Below, piece after piece: positions 28,736-38,956 of a stretch of 44,782 nucleotides of DNA (the first letter of the stretch is position 1; each line of letters opens with the position of its first letter). The stretch lies in the sequence record SRR20825006_690; one strand, given 5' to 3'. Below the pieces are notes generated by a model. The model searched no databases. It was not told the origin of the DNA and was given only the letters and a program-made list of their open reading frames with translations. Position numbers and translations under genes: made by a program.

Positions 28736-30270
28736 TGAAAGGATTCATGGCTACATATAGATTAGTTACAATGCTTGTGATGACACTTGTATTTGGTGCA
28801 GTTGCAGTGGCACAACCATCTGGGTATAAATACTCGAAAAGTGTTACAATAAATGCGTCCCAAGTTCAGGGTACTAATACCGATTTCCCAGTATTAATTA
28901 GTGTTACAGATGCAAACCTTAGTAGCAATGTTGAGAATAGTAACGGCTACGATATCATTTTTACTTCTAATGCAAATGGAACTGGAATATTAAGCCACGA
29001 GCTTGAGAGTTTTAATTCAGGAACGGGCAAATTAACAGCTTGGGTTAAAGTTCCTTCAATAAGTTCGGGATCTAACACTACCATTTATATGTTTTATGGG
29101 AGAAGTTCAGGAACTGCGAATACTTCTACCACAGCGACTTGGGATACTAATTTCAAGTTAGTAATGCACATGGAAGCAAGCCTAGTTGATGCTACCTCTA
29201 ACGGTAACAATGGCTCAAATAATGGAACTGGGGCAGCTACAGGGTTAATTGGAAATGCTAGAGACTTCGAAAGAAATAACGATGACTATATTACTGTAGC
29301 CGACGATAATAGCTTAGATTTAACCAACCAGTTAACTATTTCTTTTTGGCTTAATTTAGAATCAGATATTGAACCTGATTATATCACAAAAGGCCAAAAT
29401 GAGTCCTATGAAATTTCATCTAGAAGTACAAGAAGGCCTTTCTTCAAAAGAAATAATAATTCAAGTTCTTTAAGCTCTGGTACTACTATAGCTCAAGGGT
29501 CATGGGTTTATCTTAGCTATGTAAAAACTACGACACAAAAACTCATTTATATTAATGGGAATTTAGATACCTCACATAATGATTCAGGAAGTTTTGACAC
29601 AAACAGTGATGACCTTCAAATTTCTAGAAGTGGAGATGCTATGGACGGCCTCATGGATGAGATTCGTATTTCAAGCATTCCTCGTTCTGCAAATTGGATT
29701 AAAACAGAATATAACAACCAACTAAATCCAGGTGCATTTATAACACTTGGGCCACAAGTGGAATACATTCCTCCAACAGCTCCTCAAAATGTAGTAGCCA
29801 CTTCATTAGCAGGTGGTAACTTAAGAATTTCTTTTGATGATGTTGACGAATCAGGTTCTGGCGTAGCTAGTTATTCTGTAAAACGATCTGCCACTCAGGG
29901 TGGTCCTTACACTCAAGTTGGAACAGTAACCGATAACGAAAGTGCTATCTATTATTTTGATGATAGCACCGTATCAAACAATGTAACTTATTACTATGTA
30001 GTTACTGCCATTGATGGCGACAACAACGAAAGTGTGATTTCTGCTGAAGTTTCGGCTTTGTCTGATGGTATAATTCCTCCAGCGCCTACAAATGTAAGCG
30101 CTACAAGTCAGCCTGGTGGGGGAATCCTCATAGCTTTTGATGATGTAGACGAAACAGGTTCGGGTGTTAAAGATTATTCAATTCAAAGATCTACTACTCA
30201 AGGTGGACCGTATAGTGGGGTTGGTGTGGTAACAGATAAAAGAAAGTGCGAGCTACACATATACCGATAA
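28735..30270 (+). CDS. N-terminal part of a frameshifted giant adhesin: DUF2341 + LamG/ConA-like lectin + FN3 repeats
   Basis: Signal peptide AVA|Q; DFPVLIS...YDIIFT...AWVKVP...IYMFYG (DUF2341); LamG (IYING...GLMDEIRISSIPRSANWI). The reading frame breaks inside the second FN3 repeat. Confidence 0.85.
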   Translation: MKGFMATYRLVTMLVMTLVFGAVAVAQPSGYKYSKSVTINASQVQGTNTDFPVLISVTDANLSSNVENSNGYDIIFTSNANGTGILSHELESFNSGTGKLTAWVKVPSISSGSNTTIYMFYGRSSGTANTSTTATWDTNFKLVMHMEASLVDATSNGNNGSNNGTGAATGLIGNARDFERNNDDYITVADDNSLDLTNQLTISFWLNLESDIEPDYITKGQNESYEISSRSTRRPFFKRNNNSSSLSSGTTIAQGSWVYLSYVKTTTQKLIYINGNLDTSHNDSGSFDTNSDDLQISRSGDAMDGLMDEIRISSIPRSANWIKTEYNNQLNPGAFITLGPQVEYIPPTAPQNVVATSLAGGNLRISFDDVDESGSGVASYSVKRSATQGGPYTQVGTVTDNESAIYYFDDSTVSNNVTYYYVVTAIDGDNNESVISAEVSALSDGIIPPAPTNVSATSQPGGGILIAFDDVDETGSGVKDYSIQRSTTQGGPYSGVGVVTDKRKCELHIYR

Positions 30271-31280
30271 TTCTGCTGTAAATGGTACTTCTTATTATTA
30301 CGTAGTGGTTGCGCTTGATGGAGCTAATAATGTGAGCTTAGAATCCAATGAAGTTTCTGATGTATCAGATGGAAGTGCTCCAAACGCTCCAAACAATGTG
30401 GTTGCAGCAGGCTTAGCTGGTGGCGACATTCAAGTTTCGTTTGATGACGTTGATGAGACAGGAAGTGGAGTAGCAAGCTATTCGATTAGAAGATCCACCA
30501 CACAAGGAGGGGCATATACACAAGTTGGAGTGATTAATGATAATGAGAGTTCTAGCTATACTTATACCGATAATACAGTTTCAAATGGTACAACCTATTA
30601 CTATGTAGTAGCAACTGTTGATGCTGTTGGAAATACAAGTTCTAACTCTTCCGAAACTTCTTTTACAGCAGATTCGATTATTCCTGTGCTACAATCGGCA
30701 ACTGCGGAAGGAACGATGTTGGTTCTAGATTATAATGAACCTTTAGAGAGTTCACCTGTTCCTAGTAATGGTGATTTTGTTGTAAAAGTGAATAATCTTA
30801 CTAGGAATGTGGCTTCTGTAGCAATAAGTAATGATTCTGTAAAAATTACATTGAGTAGCACAATAATTATCGGTGATAACATCCAGGTAAGTTATACTGC
30901 CGGAACTAATCCAATTCAGGATATTTCTGGAAACGATGCAGTAAACTTAACGAACCAAACTGTTACTAATAATACACCAGATAACACAGCACCTCCTGCA
31001 CCAACTAATGTAGCAGCTTTTGCTCTTGTAGGAAGCGATATTGATATTAAATTTGATGATGTTGATGAAGTAGGGAGTGGTGTTGTTTCTTATTCCATTC
31101 GAAGAGCTACTGTTTCAGGAGGTCCGTATTCACAAATTGGGACAATTACAGATATTGAAAGTGTTAATTACACTTATACCGATAATACAGCGTCTATTGG
31201 CACTACTTATTATTATATAGTGGTGGCAATTGATGCTTCTTCAAATGAAAGCACAAACTCATCAGAAGTAACAGCTGAGT
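29770..31280 (+). repeat. Four closely similar FN3-type repeats in the adhesin
   Basis: Recurrent AP.NV.A...GG.I.I.FDDVDE.GSGV.SYSI.R..T.GGPY..VG...D.ES..Y.Y.D...YYYVV.A.D at ~29770, ~30075, ~30375 and ~30990. Confidence 0.85.
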
Positions 31281-34200
31281 CAGGTACTGTTACGGATGCT
31301 ACCGCTCCAAGTGTATCTACAACTACTGTTTCTGGAAACAGATTGATACTTGATTACAGTGAAGATTTAAATGAAAATTCGGTTCCTTCAACCACTGATT
31401 ATGTAGTTAAAATTAACGGCTCTCCAGCAACAATTTCAGCTGTAGATATTAATGGGGATAAGGTAAGTATTGATTTCACACCAAGTGTAGATGCAGGTGA
31501 TAATATTACCGTAGATTATACCGCTGGAGTAAATCCAATTCGTGATATTGTTGGCAACAACGCCAATAGTTTTACTTCTTTATTAGTTAATAACAGCGCA
31601 GCATTTACTACAGGTTTTGGGCCCGATCCTTGTCCTATCGTAAATGGGAAAGATGCTGCATGGACTTGTTTCGATGGAAGCAACAATGGTACAACCATGC
31701 GTGCTGAAGTTGGTGGGCTTGAAATAGCAACTATTACAGCCGCCTCAGGAAGTCAAACAACATTCTCACCCAATGCACTACAATCTTGGACAAGCGGTGC
31801 TTTTTCTGGTGATGAATTTAACGGCCCACAAATCAATGCTACAGGGAACGGTGGTAATGCTACTTCATTCGATATAAACATTCCTGTAGGTGTGCCATCC
31901 GATGCAATTATGTTATCGTTAAACAGATTACGTCCTGATGGTGGTGGAACTTCGTACACGTTAGAAGCTTTTGACGGAAGTAACACAAAAGTTCCACTTA
32001 ATGGTTGGTTAACTGGGCAAGGATCTGATGGGGGAGTTTGTACAAATTCAGTTAATATTAATTATGCAAATGGAAACACCACTATACAGTTTCAGCCTAC
32101 GGTTTCTGGCGTTCCTGCATGTGCGTCTTCATCAACTCCAGTTTGGTTTAAAATTACAAACGAAAACGTCCGACGGATTGAATTAAGAAAAACAGCTGCT
32201 CAACCAGATAACATTTATTTAGGATTAGCTTTGGTTGCTGACTTTGGTGATGCACCAAACGTTTATGGAACGAGCTACAGTTCAAGAACAGCGCCTCCTG
32301 CTTTTCACCTGCTAAATAATGATGCTCCAAACGTTGTTTATTTCGGTGCTGGCGTAGATGCAGATGGTAACGGTATACCTAGTTCTGCTGCCAATAATGA
32401 TGTAGAGGATGCAATTGTAAACTTTCCAGTTCTTACTTCTGCTACTACAAATTATTCGGTTACATTAAGTTGTACCAACGGTGGAAATGTAGGAGCATGG
32501 ATAGATTTTGATCAGTCAGGATCTCTTGATGAAGGCGAATTTGACTCAGGAATTTGTTCCTCAAATAGTGTAACGCTAAACTGGTCGGGACTTTCTGGAA
32601 TGATTACAGGAACGTCTTATGCTCGTTTCAGAATTGCAAGCAGCGCTAATGAAGTAGCTACACCAACAGGTTCTGCAAAAGATGGTGAAGTTGAAGATTA
32701 TCAAATAACTATTTCTGAGCCAAAAACACCAGATTTGAGTCTTGTTAAATCGGTTAATAACTCTACTCCAATTGTGGGAGAAACCATCACCTATACGTTA
32801 ACTGTAACTAACCCTGGTGAATATATTGCTACCGATGTTAGAGTTACAGATGTGCTCCCTGCTGGCGTTACATTTGTAAGCTCAACTGCTAGTCAAGGTA
32901 ATTATAATAACGTAACGGGTGTTTGGATTATAGGCAACTTTGCTGCTGGCGATACTACTATTGCTACACTAGATATAGAAGCTTTAGTTGATGCTGGCAC
33001 TTTAGGTTCGGTTATTACCAACTCGAGTTCAATTTCGAACTTAAACGAAACAGATTTAAACCTTGCCAATAACTCTTCTGAAACGGGTATTACCGTTGTT
33101 CCAGAATCTGCTGATATCGGGATTACAAAAATAGCGAGTAACGCAAACCCAATTGAAGGCGAGTTTATGTCCTTTACGGTTTCAGTTACTAACAACGGGC
33201 CAAAAGCAGCAACGAATCTTAAAATTCTGGACCAATTACCTACAGGTATTACATATCAAGATTCTTTGCCAAGTGTAGGTATTTACAATCCCTCAACAGG
33301 AATTTGGGACATTGGAAATTTAGCTAATGGAGCAAGTGCTTCATTAATTCTAAACGTTAGAGTAGATGGAAGCACTCAAGGAAATACCATAAATAATACG
33401 GCTGCACTTAATGGAATGGACCAATCAGATTCTAATTCCCAAAATAACACAGCAACTGCTTCTATTACCATAGTTCCACCAATAGCTAATTTATCGTGTG
33501 GACTTCCATACTTGAAATTCCGAAACGCGTCACTTATATCAGGGAGTGCGCTGCAAATAGGGGCCGTATATAAATTTCCGAATGTTCTTACTGGGGTTTA
33601 TGCAAAAGTTGAAATTGTTACTATTAATAACGCCACAATAAAGAATATTGATGATGGCGTTACAAGTGGTCTACCAAATGAATTTTCTCCCTTTATAGAA
33701 AATACAACTGGTGGTAACGGTTACCTTGACTTTGAGATCTCATTTTATGATTCGGCGTCTAATCTTTCTCGTTATTTATCTTTCGCAGCTACTACTTCCG
33801 ATGTTGATGGGACTGGTGATCTGAAGGATTTTGTTGGATATCAAAATCTAAACTCATTTATAGTTGAGAATACAACTGAACTGGTTGTTGGTACAGAAGG
33901 GTTATACACAACTTTTACTTCAAATGACTTTTCAGATACTTCGCCTAATCAGAATGATTATTCAGAATACAAAGTCTATACATCTTACACTAATGAGCCA
34001 AAATTTAGGCTTCGTGCAGGGATAAAAGCTGGAAACACAGTTGATGATCGTATTATTTCAGTAAATTTTGATCCTTGTGAGATTAATACATTCAATGATC
34101 CTGTAACTCAAAGTGTGGTCGATGTTGGTGTAACAAAATCTGTTGATGATAATTCAGTTACTGTTGGTCAAACTGTAACCTATACTGTACAAGCTGCCAA

Positions 34201-37200
34201 TAAAAAAGCTAATGCTGTGGGGAGTGTGAAAATTACAGATCAACTTCCAGGGGGTTTGACTTACGTTTCTTCTAACCCAAGTCAAGGTACTTATAACAGC
34301 GGAACTGGCATTTGGGACGTTGGGTCACTTTCAGGATTACAAGTTGCTACTATTGATATTGTAGCAACAGTAAATACTGGTCAGCAAGGAAATACCATTA
34401 CTAACACTGCAACTCTAAGCGATAATAGCGGCGTAGATGGAGTTGCCGCAAATAATACAGCATCAGTAGCAATCGCTGTATTTGATCCAAACTCTGGATT
34501 GAGTTGTACTGAACCGCCTAAATATTCTTTTATCAATTATAACCTTGAACAAGGGTCTAATAATCAAGTAAATTCGATTTACCGTTTTTCTAGTGTAGCA
34601 TCTGGTGTGGATGCAAAGGTAAAGATTATAGGAATTAATAACGCCACAATAAACGCTTTAGATGATGATGGAACAGTATCAAGTGGACAAGCAACTACCA
34701 CTAACTTCTCGCCATTATTTACCACAAATAATGGTACAAGTGCAGGTTATATCGATTGGGAAATTACATTTGTTGAGGCTGGAACTAATACTCCAATAAA
34801 AAGTAATTTCTCTGTTACTGCCTTAGATATTGATGGTACAAGTTCGGGTGGACAAACTATTCGAGATTATTATGGTTTTGCTCAGAATTTGTCTTCTACT
34901 GTTCAAGCTGGAAATAATATTAACGTAAGTACTCAAGGCCCATTTCAAATCTTTGAATCTTCGGTAACAAGTGATGCCAATGGTTCTTTCGATATCGATC
35001 ATATGGCGTATATTTCTTATAAATATACTTCTGTCTTTCAAGTTAGGTCTGGTTCTTTCCCAACGGGAGGGTACTCGAGTCAACGTATGGTTGAGTTTAA
35101 TTTTACGGAATGTTTGAATCAGGAATTTACAAACCCTGTTATAACAACTAGAGATGCTGATTTACAAGTTACAAAAACAGTAGATCAAGCTAATCCTTTA
35201 GAAAACGAAACCGTTAACTTCACAATCAGTGTTAAGAATAATGGACCTGAAGATGCTACAGAAGTTTCAATTAACGAGGCATTGCCAGCAGGCATTACTT
35301 TAGTTGAAGCTGTTCCAAGTCAAGGAACTTATAACCAAATTACAAAGCTTTGGAATCTTGGAACACTTGCAAATAACGCAACAGCTACCTTAGCACTCGA
35401 AACAACTATTAATCAAGGTTTGAGCCAAGATTCTTTGATTAACAAAGCATATGTAAAAGGCTTTAACCAGTACGATCCAACCATAGCAAACGATACTTCT
35501 CAGGTTGTATTGAAAGTTAGCGTTCAAGTAACTGGTACGGTGTTTAGAGATAAAACAGGCGATGGAATTACCGATGGCGATACCAATTTTGGAGATGCTT
35601 CAGGTGATCAACAAGCATTAGAAAATGTAGAAGTGCATCTCTTTAAAGACGGAGGAGATGGACTCGCTAACGGTGTGGATGATATCTACAAAGCTACAGT
35701 TCTGACAAACAACCAAGGAAAGTATGTATTCCAAATAGGTGAAAATGCGCCTTACTGGATTGCTGTAGATTCAAAAACTGGTGGGCTTTCGAATAACACC
35801 ACTTGGGCAGAACAAACGTATGCTCCAATTAACGCTCTTTGCAACGATGGTAATGGTGGAACCGATACTACAACAGTTGCTGGAAATTGCTTTGGTGGTA
35901 GAAGAGGTGGCGTTTCAGATAATATATCTACAAATCCTGTAGCCAGTGATTTGGCAAATGCTGAACACGTGGCTAAAGTTGCTGTATATGGTGGTGGTAC
36001 TACCGGTATCGACTTTGGTTTTAGCTTTAACGTAGTTACTGACGTTAGAGATGGTGATGATGATGGTTCCACTGCTCGTTCCATTCAAGGTTCGCTGCGT
36101 CAATTTATTGCAAACGCCAATGCAATTACTGGTGCGAATTCAATGCGATTTGTACCAGCGGTACCAACAAATCAATCATCTGGTGGGGGTAATTGGTGGT
36201 CTATTACGGCTTCATCGGCATTTCCGGCAATCACAGATGCACTTACAACCGTTGACGGTTCTGCTTTCGATCAATTTGCTCCTGTAACAGAAATGGACGA
36301 TAACTCTGGTTCTATCGGAACAGGCGGAAGTGTAGGTTTAGATTTACTTTCTATAAACTCTGCTAGTTTAAAAGAGCTAGAACTGAACTTAAATGATATT
36401 GGAGCAAGCGCTCTAAACATAAATAGCTCTGGTGCAGTTATAATTCGAGATTTAGCGATTTACAATAACAGTGTTGGTATTCAAATTACTTCGATGTCTG
36501 GCGGAACCATAGAAAATAACATGATTGGTACACGTGCAAATGGCGTTGACCCAACCGGTTCATCTAGATTAGACAAAGGTATTTCAGTAGTTGGAAGTGG
36601 CTCACTTTCGGCTCTTATAACTAAGAATTATATCGCATATGCAAATACAACGGGTGTTGCTGGTGATAACCCAAGTTCAAGTGTAACCCTATTTAAGAAT
36701 GAGGTTTATAAGAATGGTTTAGTTTCGGCAGGTGGCGATGGTATTGAAATAATCGGTACTTGGTCGGTCGAACAAAACTTAATTCACGAATCTGGTAATT
36801 CTTCCAGCTCCCCAATATCAGGCGGAAACGGTATTGAGATTGGTAAAGCTTCAGGTTTAAGCACAGGTAGCACCATTCGAAATAACACCATCATAAATAA
36901 CAGTGTTACAGGTATTAACGTATTTAACAACGTAACCAACACCGTTATTGAAAAGAATATAATTACTGGAAACGGAACCAATTATTCGTCGGCAAACACG
37001 CGACTTGGAGCAGGTGTTAAACTCACTTTCCCAAATACTCAGCCTCAGAATGGAATTAAGATTACTAATAACAGCTTTGCAAATAATTATGGTTTAGCAA
37101 TTGATATCGTTACCTCTGGTTCTGGGCAAGCTGATGGAGTTTCAGGTAATGATGGCGTTCTAGAGTCCACTTCAACTGAGCCAAACAGAGGAATTGATTA

Positions 37201-38956
37201 TCCAGTATTTACGCTTTCAACTCTTAATGGCTCGGTGTTACATGTTGAAGGTTATATAGGAACTGTGGCTACAAAATTATCTGGTACTTATACTATAGAA
37301 GTTTATAAGGCCAGTAATGATGGCGATAACAATGGCGCTCGTGAAGAAGGTGATGGACAGCTTGAACCGCACGGTGAAGGCCAATACTTATTAGGAACTA
37401 TTACGTCTAATCCAAATGGCTACTTTAGCCAAGATATCACAGTTCCAGGGTCAGTTTCTCTAGTATTTAATGATAGAATTACTGCTATAGCAATAGGATC
37501 AGCAAACAACACTTCTGAGTTTAGTACTAATCAACGGGTTGTTCCAACAGGTGTGTCTGTAAATGGTACGGTCTATCATGATACGAACTATAACTCGGTA
37601 CTAGAAAATGGAGAAACTGGGATTCAGGGAGTAACCATTGTTCTCTTTAATGTTTCTCAGAATAACTGTAAGAGTGTACTTACTGATGCAAACGGATTTT
37701 ATCAATTTGATAACGTACTTAATGGCCAATACCAAGTAATTGAAGCTTATGGCGAGGCAGTACCAACGCCTAATATTTGCACACCGGCTGCTGCAGATCC
37801 AACCGATCATGTTTCAACAAACACAAACTTACGTGATGTAACCATCAACAACTTACCATCTATTCAGAATTTTGGAGATTTTGAAGGAACCAAGGTTCAG
37901 GGTAAAGTATTTAAGGATAATGGTATTGGAAGTGGCATACCTAACGATGCTGTGCAGAATGGCGGTGAACTTGGATTAGGCAATGTTATTATTCAGGCAC
38001 TTAATAATGCAAATTCATTAATTCGCCAAACTACAACTAATGCTTCAGGAGCTTATACCTTATATCTTACAAAAACGGCTCTTCCAAATGGCAGTAGTGT
38101 TAAAATTAAGGAAAGCAATTTATCTGGTGATATCTCAACAGGTGGGAAGGTCGGAAATTCTGGTGGGACATATAATATTGCAGATGATGAAATTGTATTT
38201 ATAAGCTCGGTTGGCTTTAGCTATACTGAACTTAATTTTGGTGATGTTTCAACAAGTACATTACTTAACGATGGCCAAAGAATTGTGGCAGCTGGTTCTT
38301 CAACACAATTGTCGCATATTTTTGAAGCCAAAACTGGTGGGAATGTTACATTTACAACAGCTAATACCTTCGATCCAAGCATAATATGGCCAGTTATTAT
38401 CTATAGAGATTTAAATTGTAATAGCATTATTGACTCAGGTGAACCAGTACTAGACGGGAATACAGCTATCGCGGTAACTGCTAACGAAATGGTTTGTATT
38501 GTTGTAAAAGTGACAGCCCCTAACGGCTTGTCTAATGGTGCTTCAAGTACTTCAGTTGTTACGGCTAGTTTTGCATTAGTGAATACCACACCACTAATTA
38601 CGCAAACACTTTCAAAAACCGATTTAGTTACAGTAGATAACGCTCAAGGTGGCTTTACAATCACTAAAGTTGTAGACAAGAACTCGGCATTACCGGGTTC
38701 AATTCTTACCTATACTGTTACTTATTTAAATAATGGCTCAGATCCAATTTCTACTATTAAAGTTTCGGATACAGTTCCAGCTTATACCACTTTCAATTCT
38801 GCAGCTTTTGCAACACCGCTTCCTGATAACTTAACAGGATGCACAATTACAGCACCAGCAGTTGGTGCCACAGGACAAATAAAATGGGAATTTACAGGTA
38901 CTCTACTTCCAGGACAAAGTGGAACTGTTTCCTTCACGGTTAAAATAAACCAGTAA
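30305..38956 (+). CDS. C-terminal part of the same giant adhesin: FN3, SwmB-like, GEVED, 4x DUF11, SdrD-B-like, beta-helix, C-terminal truncated DUF11
   Basis: No signal peptide of its own; the frame is open from 30242 (ESASYTYTDNSAVNGTSYYYVVVALD), completing the FN3 repeat. DFGDAP...DGEVEDY; DLxxxK...TD.LP...ITN; GSLRQFIANANA followed by Asn-ladder repeats. Joined product would be 3406 aa. Confidence 0.88.
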   Translation: MVALDGANNVSLESNEVSDVSDGSAPNAPNNVVAAGLAGGDIQVSFDDVDETGSGVASYSIRRSTTQGGAYTQVGVINDNESSSYTYTDNTVSNGTTYYYVVATVDAVGNTSSNSSETSFTADSIIPVLQSATAEGTMLVLDYNEPLESSPVPSNGDFVVKVNNLTRNVASVAISNDSVKITLSSTIIIGDNIQVSYTAGTNPIQDISGNDAVNLTNQTVTNNTPDNTAPPAPTNVAAFALVGSDIDIKFDDVDEVGSGVVSYSIRRATVSGGPYSQIGTITDIESVNYTYTDNTASIGTTYYYIVVAIDASSNESTNSSEVTAESGTVTDATAPSVSTTTVSGNRLILDYSEDLNENSVPSTTDYVVKINGSPATISAVDINGDKVSIDFTPSVDAGDNITVDYTAGVNPIRDIVGNNANSFTSLLVNNSAAFTTGFGPDPCPIVNGKDAAWTCFDGSNNGTTMRAEVGGLEIATITAASGSQTTFSPNALQSWTSGAFSGDEFNGPQINATGNGGNATSFDINIPVGVPSDAIMLSLNRLRPDGGGTSYTLEAFDGSNTKVPLNGWLTGQGSDGGVCTNSVNINYANGNTTIQFQPTVSGVPACASSSTPVWFKITNENVRRIELRKTAAQPDNIYLGLALVADFGDAPNVYGTSYSSRTAPPAFHLLNNDAPNVVYFGAGVDADGNGIPSSAANNDVEDAIVNFPVLTSATTNYSVTLSCTNGGNVGAWIDFDQSGSLDEGEFDSGICSSNSVTLNWSGLSGMITGTSYARFRIASSANEVATPTGSAKDGEVEDYQITISEPKTPDLSLVKSVNNSTPIVGETITYTLTVTNPGEYIATDVRVTDVLPAGVTFVSSTASQGNYNNVTGVWIIGNFAAGDTTIATLDIEALVDAGTLGSVITNSSSISNLNETDLNLANNSSETGITVVPESADIGITKIASNANPIEGEFMSFTVSVTNNGPKAATNLKILDQLPTGITYQDSLPSVGIYNPSTGIWDIGNLANGASASLILNVRVDGSTQGNTINNTAALNGMDQSDSNSQNNTATASITIVPPIANLSCGLPYLKFRNASLISGSALQIGAVYKFPNVLTGVYAKVEIVTINNATIKNIDDGVTSGLPNEFSPFIENTTGGNGYLDFEISFYDSASNLSRYLSFAATTSDVDGTGDLKDFVGYQNLNSFIVENTTELVVGTEGLYTTFTSNDFSDTSPNQNDYSEYKVYTSYTNEPKFRLRAGIKAGNTVDDRIISVNFDPCEINTFNDPVTQSVVDVGVTKSVDDNSVTVGQTVTYTVQAANKKANAVGSVKITDQLPGGLTYVSSNPSQGTYNSGTGIWDVGSLSGLQVATIDIVATVNTGQQGNTITNTATLSDNSGVDGVAANNTASVAIAVFDPNSGLSCTEPPKYSFINYNLEQGSNNQVNSIYRFSSVASGVDAKVKIIGINNATINALDDDGTVSSGQATTTNFSPLFTTNNGTSAGYIDWEITFVEAGTNTPIKSNFSVTALDIDGTSSGGQTIRDYYGFAQNLSSTVQAGNNINVSTQGPFQIFESSVTSDANGSFDIDHMAYISYKYTSVFQVRSGSFPTGGYSSQRMVEFNFTECLNQEFTNPVITTRDADLQVTKTVDQANPLENETVNFTISVKNNGPEDATEVSINEALPAGITLVEAVPSQGTYNQITKLWNLGTLANNATATLALETTINQGLSQDSLINKAYVKGFNQYDPTIANDTSQVVLKVSVQVTGTVFRDKTGDGITDGDTNFGDASGDQQALENVEVHLFKDGGDGLANGVDDIYKATVLTNNQGKYVFQIGENAPYWIAVDSKTGGLSNNTTWAEQTYAPINALCNDGNGGTDTTTVAGNCFGGRRGGVSDNISTNPVASDLANAEHVAKVAVYGGGTTGIDFGFSFNVVTDVRDGDDDGSTARSIQGSLRQFIANANAITGANSMRFVPAVPTNQSSGGGNWWSITASSAFPAITDALTTVDGSAFDQFAPVTEMDDNSGSIGTGGSVGLDLLSINSASLKELELNLNDIGASALNINSSGAVIIRDLAIYNNSVGIQITSMSGGTIENNMIGTRANGVDPTGSSRLDKGISVVGSGSLSALITKNYIAYANTTGVAGDNPSSSVTLFKNEVYKNGLVSAGGDGIEIIGTWSVEQNLIHESGNSSSSPISGGNGIEIGKASGLSTGSTIRNNTIINNSVTGINVFNNVTNTVIEKNIITGNGTNYSSANTRLGAGVKLTFPNTQPQNGIKITNNSFANNYGLAIDIVTSGSGQADGVSGNDGVLESTSTEPNRGIDYPVFTLSTLNGSVLHVEGYIGTVATKLSGTYTIEVYKASNDGDNNGAREEGDGQLEPHGEGQYLLGTITSNPNGYFSQDITVPGSVSLVFNDRITAIAIGSANNTSEFSTNQRVVPTGVSVNGTVYHDTNYNSVLENGETGIQGVTIVLFNVSQNNCKSVLTDANGFYQFDNVLNGQYQVIEAYGEAVPTPNICTPAAADPTDHVSTNTNLRDVTINNLPSIQNFGDFEGTKVQGKVFKDNGIGSGIPNDAVQNGGELGLGNVIIQALNNANSLIRQTTTNASGAYTLYLTKTALPNGSSVKIKESNLSGDISTGGKVGNSGGTYNIADDEIVFISSVGFSYTELNFGDVSTSTLLNDGQRIVAAGSSTQLSHIFEAKTGGNVTFTTANTFDPSIIWPVIIYRDLNCNSIIDSGEPVLDGNTAIAVTANEMVCIVVKVTAPNGLSNGASSTSVVTASFALVNTTPLITQTLSKTDLVTVDNAQGGFTITKVVDKNSALPGSILTYTVTYLNNGSDPISTIKVSDTVPAYTTFNSAAFATPLPDNLTGCTITAPAVGATGQIKWEFTGTLLPGQSGTVSFTVKINQ

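Noticed and set aside
30236-30246. Programmed ribosomal frameshift in the adhesin
   Set aside because: A +1 shift is needed, the sequence is not an X_XXY_YYZ slippery heptamer, and I see no stimulatory structure.
30305-30307. GTG as a genuine start of an independent 2883-aa protein
   Set aside because: It falls in the middle of an FN3 repeat, has no signal peptide, and the frame is open upstream to the frameshift.
29770-31280. Repeats as a CRISPR array or DGR template/variable pair
   Set aside because: They are ~300-bp in-frame protein-domain repeats diverged at synonymous sites, with no spacers, cas genes or reverse transcriptase.
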